64,000 nt of DNA from Zoogloeaceae bacterium. GTDB lineage: Bacteria > Pseudomonadota > Gammaproteobacteria > Burkholderiales > Rhodocyclaceae. Positions 57,071-64,000 of this stretch are shown piece by piece. The notes under the pieces were generated by a model. The model made no database searches. It had not been told where the DNA came from and was given only the letters and a program-made list of their open reading frames with translations. The first letter of the stretch is position 1, and each line of letters starts with the position of its first letter. Position numbers and translations under genes: made by a program. The stretch lies in the NCBI GenBank assembly GCA_024235655.1, contig JACKLY010000007.1, positions 15,361 to 79,360 of the forward strand, given 5' to 3'.

Positions 57071-57892
57071 TTAGGCTTTTGCTAACCGCGACCTCAGGTA
57101 GTCAAGCGCCTCTTGCTCTGCAGGTGCCACTGTCTTTTCTGTGGCTATCATCGAATCGGCCCAAGAAACAACTTTCTCAGCCAACGGCCGATTCTGTTTA
57201 ACCAGTCGCCCAAATGCCTGTTTGAACGCAGTGACACTTGGCAAGTCTAGCGACTGAATCATGTCACTAATGCGCTCATCGTTAATGGCAGGATGTTTGC
57301 TCATACTGCAAATAGCATCTATCAGAATACCGCGCTCTTTTTTGGTTAATCTGCCATCCGCCTTGCTGACGTAGTAGAGCACGCGAATTGCATCCCATGC
57401 CGTTTCGATTACTTCTTCAATGGCGCGGTCCGGCGAATCCTGATACTTACTATCAAGCCACTTTTTGAGGTCACCGATAACTTCGCCAGTGCCAAGATCG
57501 ACGCAAGCAAGAATCCTATCGGTACGGAATGTTCTATTTGCCTGCCGAAGATGACAGAAGGCCCACAGAATCGCCCCTCCTTCCCACGGGCCATACTTCA
57601 TCAATCGAATGTCGCGTTTCGTGAGTGATCCGTTGCCGTCTCGGTACTCAATACGTAGGAGGGCTTCGATGTTCCTAGGCGACTGAACATCCCAGAATGC
57701 CCCCTCCCAGTTATCTCGATCTTGATCAGATTCAGTCGAGTCATCGCCCTCGTTATTGAATTCGGTAGATTTAACAATCTTGAGCGGTATTTCCGTACCT
57801 TCTGACGAGGCGCCTTCTTTGAATCCTCGTACGATGGGTCGCAGCAGGAGGAACAAAACAAAAGCAACCAGAATAATTGGTAACAATTCCAT
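57071..57892 (-). CDS. Membrane-anchored WYL-domain + TerB-like protein, low GC
   Basis: N-terminal TM; I.Y.D..G..T.R.I...L.AFCHLRQA.RTFR.DRI (WYL); KADG.LT..ER and a C-terminal V...E..AL helix (TerB-like); SD GGAGG. Confidence 0.75.
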   Translation of the reverse strand: MELLPIILVAFVLFLLLRPIVRGFKEGASSEGTEIPLKIVKSTEFNNEGDDSTESDQDRDNWEGAFWDVQSPRNIEALLRIEYRDGNGSLTKRDIRLMKYGPWEGGAILWAFCHLRQANRTFRTDRILACVDLGTGEVIGDLKKWLDSKYQDSPDRAIEEVIETAWDAIRVLYYVSKADGRLTKKERGILIDAICSMSKHPAINDERISDMIQSLDLPSVTAFKQAFGRLVKQNRPLAEKVVSWADSMIATEKTVAPAEQEALDYLRSRLAKA

Positions 57893-57993
57893 ACCCACCT
57901 CCGAGTTCACCTTTGCATGCTAGCGAACAACACAATGGACAACAGCCGCCGCAAATGATATCTGCATGAACAACGCGCCGTCCAGCATTCCCC

Positions 57994-58024
57994 AAAATGG
58001 CTGCGCTGGAAACCAGCGTAGCCA
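57994..58024 (-). terminator. Intrinsic terminator after the LysR gene
   Basis: Minus strand TGGCTACGCTGG-TTT-CCAGCGCAGCCA-TTTT. Confidence 0.7.
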
Positions 58025-58026
58025 CA

Positions 58027-58956
58027 TCAAAGCAACTGCCCACCCTTCCACGCCCCGCTCCGGCACAACTCACCGATCACCTCGGCCGTCAGTTTCGAAA
58101 CTGCGGCGGCGGCCTGCGACAAGGGGATGTATTTCGAGGCGCACAGCGCCACGACGCGGCCGAGCGGCGGTGATTCGACCGGCACGGCGCTGAGGGTGCC
58201 GGCGCTGAGCTCGTTCTGCAGCGGCATCGGCGGCAGCAGGGTGTGGCCCATGCCGGCGAGCAGGCTGGTGCGCAGGATGCTGATCGAACTGATGTCGGCA
58301 ACGACATTGGGCGCCGCCAGCCCGGCCTGACGCGCGGCGGCCTCGATGATGGGGCGCACGCCATGCGGGTTGGCAGGCAGGATCAGCGGCAGTGCCAGCG
58401 CCTTTTGCAGGCGGATCGCCTTCTTCGGGCGTGTGGGGTCGGTGGTGGCGGAAATCAGCATCAGGCGCTCTTCCAGCAGCGGCTGGTAGAGGAATTCATC
58501 GAGGCTGCCATCGTCGAAGAGCACGGCCAGGTTGATCTGCCCGGCGCGCAACTGGGGGATGAGGTTGCCGGTCAGCTCTTCGGTCAGCTCAAAATCGACC
58601 TTCGGCAGACACTGGCGAACGGCCTGCAGCAGCGGCAAGGCGAGCGCGTTGGAGACACTGTGCGGCACGCCGAAGATGACCTTGCCGGTGGGTTCGCCGG
58701 CCTCGTGATGCACGCTGCGGCGGGCGTCATCCACCTGCCGCAGGATGGCCGTGGCATGGGCGAGAAAGGTTCGGCCGGGGTCGGTCAGCTCAACGCCGCG
58801 GCGCGAACGATGGAAGAGGCGCACACCCAGTTCGTCTTCGAGCTGCGCCAGCTGGTGGCTGAGGGCGGATTGCGCCACGTAGAGTTTTTCGGCGGCCTTC
58901 GAGAAGGCGCCGTGCTCGGCAATGGCCACAAAATATTTGAGTTGGCGAAGTTCCAT
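58027..58956 (-). CDS. LysR-type transcriptional regulator (Nac/TcuR-like)
   Basis: MELRQLKYF...FSKAA..L.VAQSALS.Q...LE.ELG HTH plus substrate-binding domain. Confidence 0.93.
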   Translation of the reverse strand: MELRQLKYFVAIAEHGAFSKAAEKLYVAQSALSHQLAQLEDELGVRLFHRSRRGVELTDPGRTFLAHATAILRQVDDARRSVHHEAGEPTGKVIFGVPHSVSNALALPLLQAVRQCLPKVDFELTEELTGNLIPQLRAGQINLAVLFDDGSLDEFLYQPLLEERLMLISATTDPTRPKKAIRLQKALALPLILPANPHGVRPIIEAAARQAGLAAPNVVADISSISILRTSLLAGMGHTLLPPMPLQNELSAGTLSAVPVESPPLGRVVALCASKYIPLSQAAAAVSKLTAEVIGELCRSGAWKGGQLL

Positions 58957-59006
58957 GCGGGCGCTCGGGGGATATCAACACGGTGATCATACGCCGACAA
59001 TGGCAT

Positions 59007-59031
59007 TTCCCATCTGTTTTCGCGATGGAAA
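59007..59031. promoter_or_regulatory. LysR recognition site (T-N11-A dyad)
   Basis: CCATC-TGTTTTCGC-GATGG, i.e. ATC-N9-GAT, about 55 nt upstream of the LysR start. Confidence 0.6.
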
Positions 59032-59239
59032 CATCTTGATTCAGTGTTTTTCAGATACAGCGGATTAAGGTCTAATCGCTTCAACAGATCCGGACGAACA
59101 CCTGCAGCTACCCGCTGCAAGGCACCCCGCCCACCAGGCAAACGTTGGTCCGGAAACAGGCTTTTTACCGAAAGCTGATACGGGAGAGGGCAAGCTGGTT
59201 AATCCAGTGCCGGCAGGCCCTCCCGTGTAACGCGGTGTT

Positions 59240-62200
59240 TTATGACCTGGCGGTATCCGCCTGCGGTGCTGCCAAACGCCGCATCACCATCCAGTAGAGC
59301 AGCGGCATCACGAACAGGGTGAGCACGGTCGAGAAACCCAGCCCCCAAACGATGGACGCCGCCACCGGCCCCCACAGCAATGATTTTCCACCCAGGCCAA
59401 CAGCGAGTGAGAACAGGCCGCCGATGGTGGTGACCGAAGTAATCAGAATCGGCACCACGCGGCGACGGGCGGCATAGACCACGGCATGCAGCACGCTCAT
59501 GCCCTCCTCGCGCCGGTCGTTGGCCGCCGAGATGAGCACGATGGCCGAATTGACGGCGATGCCGGTCAGCGCAATGACGCCATAGAGGGTATAGAGCGAG
59601 AGCGGTATGCGTGCCACCAGCAGGCCGAGCACGACCCCGGTAAAGGCCAGCGGCACGGTCACCAGAATCAGCATCGGCTGCAGATAGCTGCGGAACTGGG
59701 CGGCGAGGATGAGGTAGATCAGGCCGACGCCGAGCACGAAGAGCACCAGCATGGCATCGAGGCTTTCCTGGATGTCGTCCAGCTCACCGGAGAAGTCGAT
59801 ATCGGTATTCGGGAATTCGGCATCGCGCTTTTTCCATGCGGCAACGATCTGCTTGTTGGCATCGACGGTGTCGGTCACCGCCTTGTCCAGGTCGGCTTCC
59901 ACGGTAATCGCCCGGCGCAGGTTGTAGTGCTTGATGACGCCCTTGCCGATACGCGTTTCCTCATTGACCAGCGCCCGCAACGTGGTTGTACCGCCTGAAG
60001 GCAGTGCTACCGGATCATCGAGCAGGCGGGTGACGTCGCTGCCGACACTGCCGTTGTCACGATGTTTGGCACGCAGGCGCAGCTCTACTTTCTCGCCACG
60101 ATCCCGCGTCATGGCGATGATCTCGCCATCGGCATGCAGGCGCACCAGCCGCGCCACCCGGCCGGCATCCAGCCCGGCGGCACGCAGGGCGCCACGGTTC
60201 AGGGTCAGCACCAGCTCCGGGCGCCCGGCAACGTCGTCATCGGCGACATCGCGGCTGCCCGGCACGGCACGCACGATATCGAGCAGCACATCGGCGGCCG
60301 CGCGCAATTCCTGCGGGTCGTCACCGCGCACGCGAACCTTGACCGGCTTGGCCAGCGGTGGCCCGCCGGAAATCATGGTGAAGGTGATCTTGCCCGGCGA
60401 GGGCACGGCCTCGACTTCGGCACGCATGCTCTCGACGATCTCCTCAACCTCGCGCCCGCCGGCACGGGGATTCAAGGACACTGTCAGCTGCCCGTAGGAT
60501 TCACCGTACAGCGGCTCGGTATCGGAAAACTTGACCCCGGCGTAGGCCGCCACGTTGCGCGCCTCGCCCGGCTTCAGGTGCTTGCGCACCACCGCTTCAA
60601 GCCGCTGCGCATTGGCCAGCGTATCTTCAATCGGCGCACCGGCCGGCATGTCGACGTTCACATAGAACAGGCGCAGCGGGTCAAAGGCAAAGAACTGCAC
60701 GCGCACCATGCCCACCCCAACGGCAGCAACGGCGCCGGCCATCAGCACCGCTGCCACCATCAGGGAGCGTTTGGGACGACGCATCACCCACAGCAGCATC
60801 TTCGAATAGCGCAGACGCAGGTTGTGGTTGAAGCGATCTCGCCAGTTGCTCAGCCCCCCATCCTGATTTGCATGACTGTTCCCGGCCACCAGATGCATGT
60901 GTGCCGGCAGCATCCAGTACGCCTCGATCAGGCTGATCAGCAGCCCCAGCGTGACCACGAAAGGGATCACGAACATGAACTTGCCGACGATGCCGGGCAA
61001 CAGCATCAGCGGCAAAAAGGCGGCGGCGGTGGTCAACACCGAAGCGGTCACCGGCGCAAAGACCTCGCGCACTGCGCTGCCGGCCGCCGTGTGCACTGGT
61101 TCCCCACGCCGCATGCGGTAGTAGATGCTTTCCACCACGACCACGGCATCATCCACCAGCATGCCGAGCACGATGACCACACCGAGCAGCACCGACACAT
61201 TGAGGGTGTAGCCGAGCGCATTGAGAATGGCGAAGGTGCCGGCCAGTGAAAAGGGAATGCCCAGACCGATCAGCACCGCCACCCGCGAGCCGAGGAACAG
61301 CCAGGCAATGCCGATGACCACCAGCAAGCCCTGCAGGGCATTGCGTTCCATGGTGCTGATTGCTTCACGTGTTGGCACCGTCTGGTCGTCAAGCAGGCTG
61401 AGTTGCACGCCTTCATCGGCAATGCGTGGATTCTGCGCGGCGATGAAGCTGGAAAGCCGCTCTACCAGCTCCAGCGTATTGGTGTTGCTTTTCTTCGTTA
61501 CCGCCAGAATGACCGCCGGCCGGCCTTCATAACTGGCCAGGCTGCCCGCCTTGGCGCGCCCGCGCGACACTTCCGCCACGCTACCCAGCGGCACCGGCTC
61601 GCGCCGGGAACTGCTGACCAGTGGAATACGGGCAATTTCATCGGGGTCGGCCGTCTGCCCGAGCACGCGCACCAGCCAGGCTGCGCGTTCTTCGCCGCCC
61701 GAGGTTTCAACCTTGCCGGCGAAGGTGTCGCGATACCAGCCGAGCAGGTTGTCTGCCGCATCACCCGCAGTCAGGCCGCGGTTGGCCAGCGCCACCGGGT
61801 CAAACTCCACCAGCAATTCCGGATCGCGCAGGCCGGTGGCAAACACCTGATCGACACCGGCCATGCGCTCGATGTCGTTCTTCATCAAACGGGCACGACT
61901 GCGCAGCACTTCGTCGGCTGCCTGCCCGGTGACCAGCACCATCGCCGTCGGGAAACCGTTCGAGGTGGTAACCTCGATCACCCGCGGCTCCTTCGCCTCA
62001 ACCGGCAGTTCGCTCTTGGCCTTGTTCTGGATTTCACGGCGCAGGTCGGTAATGCGCTTGTCGAAGGTACGCTCACCGATATCGTAGAAACGCACCAGCA
62101 TCGTCGCCACGTTCTCGCGCGACGAGGACATCACGAAACGGATGTCAGCCACGCCCTTGATCGCATCTTCCAGCGGTGTGGTGACGCGCTTTTCCACATC

Positions 62201-62371
62201 CTCGGCGGATGCGCCCGGCAGCACCGTGGTGATCATCACCCAGTTGAAGTTGATCTCGGGGTCCTGCTCGCGCGGCATCGTCAGGTAGGCAACGATACCC
62301 ATCAGCAACACCACGGCAAAGGCGATGTTGGCGAGCGGATGGTTCCGGATCAGGCGATCGTAGAAATTCAT
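59240..62371 (-). CDS. RND efflux transporter permease (AcrB/AcrD/AcrF superfamily)
   Basis: PGAS.EDVE, GMLVDDAVVVVE, two large periplasmic domains, RVVPILITS.TT. Confidence 0.93.
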   Translation of the reverse strand: MNFYDRLIRNHPLANIAFAVVLLMGIVAYLTMPREQDPEINFNWVMITTVLPGASAEDVEKRVTTPLEDAIKGVADIRFVMSSSRENVATMLVRFYDIGERTFDKRITDLRREIQNKAKSELPVEAKEPRVIEVTTSNGFPTAMVLVTGQAADEVLRSRARLMKNDIERMAGVDQVFATGLRDPELLVEFDPVALANRGLTAGDAADNLLGWYRDTFAGKVETSGGEERAAWLVRVLGQTADPDEIARIPLVSSSRREPVPLGSVAEVSRGRAKAGSLASYEGRPAVILAVTKKSNTNTLELVERLSSFIAAQNPRIADEGVQLSLLDDQTVPTREAISTMERNALQGLLVVIGIAWLFLGSRVAVLIGLGIPFSLAGTFAILNALGYTLNVSVLLGVVIVLGMLVDDAVVVVESIYYRMRRGEPVHTAAGSAVREVFAPVTASVLTTAAAFLPLMLLPGIVGKFMFVIPFVVTLGLLISLIEAYWMLPAHMHLVAGNSHANQDGGLSNWRDRFNHNLRLRYSKMLLWVMRRPKRSLMVAAVLMAGAVAAVGVGMVRVQFFAFDPLRLFYVNVDMPAGAPIEDTLANAQRLEAVVRKHLKPGEARNVAAYAGVKFSDTEPLYGESYGQLTVSLNPRAGGREVEEIVESMRAEVEAVPSPGKITFTMISGGPPLAKPVKVRVRGDDPQELRAAADVLLDIVRAVPGSRDVADDDVAGRPELVLTLNRGALRAAGLDAGRVARLVRLHADGEIIAMTRDRGEKVELRLRAKHRDNGSVGSDVTRLLDDPVALPSGGTTTLRALVNEETRIGKGVIKHYNLRRAITVEADLDKAVTDTVDANKQIVAAWKKRDAEFPNTDIDFSGELDDIQESLDAMLVLFVLGVGLIYLILAAQFRSYLQPMLILVTVPLAFTGVVLGLLVARIPLSLYTLYGVIALTGIAVNSAIVLISAANDRREEGMSVLHAVVYAARRRVVPILITSVTTIGGLFSLAVGLGGKSLLWGPVAASIVWGLGFSTVLTLFVMPLLYWMVMRRLAAPQADTARS

Positions 62372-62395
62372 GGTGCTGGCTATCGGCGGATCAGG

Positions 62396-63481
62396 TCAGG
62401 GCTTTTCTGCCAGGCGCACACGCATGCCATCCTGCAAGGCATGCCGCCCCTGTACGGCGACCTCGGCCGCATCCGGCAATGTCACCGCTGCAGGCCGCCC
62501 TTCCTGGGCGGCAGGCAGCTCATGGAAACGTGCCACGCCTTCGGCAACCACGAACACGCCATATTTTCCGTTGCGGCGCAGGATCAGTTCCGGCGGCAGA
62601 TGGGCGCGGGTATCGCGCCACGCCAGGCGGCCTTCGCTGCCGGGCGCCGGAATCGCCACCGAGGGAGCAAAGCCGAAGCGCGCCTCCACCGTGCGTGATT
62701 CGCGATGAACGGCAGATGAAACGCGCAAGGGCTGTACGGGCAGGCGATCCCTGGCCGTGACAAACTCGACCCGTGTCGCCTGTTCCAGCAGATCCGCATC
62801 ACTCGCCTGCACTTGCGCCACCACCTGCAGTTCGCTGATATCGGCCAGCGTCAGCAGGGGCGTTCCCGGGCTGGTCAGTTCGCCAACCTGCCCGGCACGG
62901 GCACGAACAATGGCCTTGAACGGTGCGCGCAGCGTGCATTTCTCCACCCCGCGCCGGGCGGTGGCGAGGCTGGCCGCCGCCGCACGACGATCCGCAACCG
63001 CGGCCGCCAGTTCGGTATCCCGCAAAGTAACCGCCTCGGCCGAAATGAAGTTTTTCTCCTGCAGTGCCGCCGCCCGCTTCGACTGCGCTTCCGCCTGTGC
63101 AAGGCGCGCATCGGCCTGCGCCAGCGCCGCATCGGCACGGGCCAGCGCCAGCTCGGCATCCCGCGCATCGAGACGGATCAACACCTGACCGGCGACCACT
63201 TCATCACCGACATCGACGGCAATCGACTGGATGCGTGCCGACACTTCGGCGGCCAGCCGCGTTTCGTTCTTGCCCAATACTGTCGCCGGCGCTTCGCGCT
63301 CAGGGAAAAAGCGCAGCCCATCGAAACGAGCCACCCCGACCTGCGGCGCCTGCTCGGCAACGACAGGCACCTCCTTGCCCGATTCGCCACAGGCGGCCAG
63401 CAACAGGCTGGCGCTGAGCAACAGGCCGGCACAAACACGACTGAAATCGGGGGGGCAAAAAACTGGCATCACACTTTCCAC
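62396..63481 (-). CDS. RND periplasmic adaptor (membrane fusion) lipoprotein (start uncertain)
   Basis: Lipobox LAA|C, V.VGD.V..GQ.L lipoyl half, helical hairpin, LRAPF. Confidence 0.88.
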   Translation of the reverse strand: MESVMPVFCPPDFSRVCAGLLLSASLLLAACGESGKEVPVVAEQAPQVGVARFDGLRFFPEREAPATVLGKNETRLAAEVSARIQSIAVDVGDEVVAGQVLIRLDARDAELALARADAALAQADARLAQAEAQSKRAAALQEKNFISAEAVTLRDTELAAAVADRRAAAASLATARRGVEKCTLRAPFKAIVRARAGQVGELTSPGTPLLTLADISELQVVAQVQASDADLLEQATRVEFVTARDRLPVQPLRVSSAVHRESRTVEARFGFAPSVAIPAPGSEGRLAWRDTRAHLPPELILRRNGKYGVFVVAEGVARFHELPAAQEGRPAAVTLPDAAEVAVQGRHALQDGMRVRLAEKP

Positions 63482-63498
63482 AGGAAAACAGCATCCTC

Positions 63499-63526
63499 AA
63501 AAACAAACCGGCCCATCGGGCCGGTT
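63499..63526 (-). terminator. Intrinsic terminator after ssb
   Basis: Minus strand AACCGGCCC-GAT-GGGCCGGTT-TGTTTTT. Confidence 0.75.
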
Positions 63527-63539
63527 GCGAGGGCGCCGA

Positions 63540-64000
63540 TCAGAACGGAATATCGTCATCCATGTCGTCGAAACTTGGCTTCTTGCCGGCGGCGGCCGGC
63601 TTGGCGCCACCGTAGGATGGTGCCGGGGAATTGTCGCCGCCGCCATAGGATGAAGGCTCGCCCTGACCCTGACGCGAACCGAGCATCTTCATTTCGTCGG
63701 CTTCGATCTCGGTCGTGTAACGCTCCTGGCCGTCCTTGTCCTGCCACTTGCGGGTTTTCAGCCGGCCTTCGATATAGACCTGCGAACCTTTTTTCAGATA
63801 CTGCCCGGCCACTTCGGCAAGGCGACGGAACAGCACCACACGGTGCCATTCGGTTGCTTCCTTCCGCTCACCGGAGGACTTGTCCTTCCAGGTATCGGTG
63901 GTCGCCAGGCGCAGGTTGGTAACCGGGTCACCGGAGGGCATGTAACGGGTTTCGGGATCGGCACCGAGGTTGCCGACGAGGATCACTTTATTGACCGAGG
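63540..64000 (-). CDS. ssb: Single-stranded DNA-binding protein (first codons outside the window)
   Basis: [29 protein letters not shown]-terminal DDDIPF. Confidence 0.98.
   Translation of the reverse strand, partial: SVNKVILVGNLGADPETRYMPSGDPVTNLRLATTDTWKDKSSGERKEATEWHRVVLFRRLAEVAGQYLKKGSQVYIEGRLKTRKWQDKDGQERYTTEIEADEMKMLGSRQGQGEPSSYGGGDNSPAPSYGGAKPAAAGKKPSFDDMDDDIPF

Noticed and set aside
57915-57975. Possible integron attC half-site (GTCCATTGTGTTGTTCGCT on the minus strand) upstream of the WYL-TerB gene
   Set aside because: No matching inverse core with proper pairing, no attC after the stop, and no integrase in the window.
59100-59230. Fragments reminiscent of a TPP riboswitch (GGGGTGCC, CTGGATTAACCAGC on the minus strand)
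   Set aside because: Elements are in the wrong order and the conserved CTGAGA is missing; kept only as an unclassified structured RNA candidate.

Overview
Mostly core chromosome of a betaproteobacterium. Gene order and protein style suggest Rhodocyclales (Azonexus/Dechloromonas-like), which is inferred and not proven. Left to right: the tail of a minor-pilin/T2SS-like cluster; rplU-rpmA-obgE-proB; a major porin; rpe-gph-trpEGDC; apaG and a methyltransferase; ydiK; a lower-GC SEC-C/TPR/GT41 glycosyltransferase inserted behind argJ; secA, an M23 peptidase, dciA and lpxC; the dcw cluster (mraZ to ftsZ, no murB); a GST; RNase P RNA; pyrC; rsmI/yraN/HIRAN/gmhA/BON/rfaE2; and kup. An accessory block at about 49.9-59.2 kb follows. 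It holds a secreted repeat protein with an N/Q/G-rich tail, an MlaE-MlaD-lipoprotein trio with no ATPase, a stand-alone CZB protein, hyi-glxR-glycerate kinase without gcl, a low-GC membrane-anchored WYL-TerB fusion and an orphan LysR regulator. The window ends with an RND pump and a 5'-truncated ssb. Best leads not in the ORF track: (i) a 27-aa, 4-Trp leader peptide upstream of trpE that overlaps the gph stop codon, with alternative hairpins but no U-tract; (ii) a LysR box pointing into an ORF-free, highly structured ~150-nt segment (candidate regulator-sRNA pair); (iii) a 72-bp CACAGAG-type palindromic element between secA and argJ. No CRISPR array, tRNA, rRNA, integrase or transposase was seen. 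All calls come from reading motifs by eye, and GC statements are visual impressions, not computed values.
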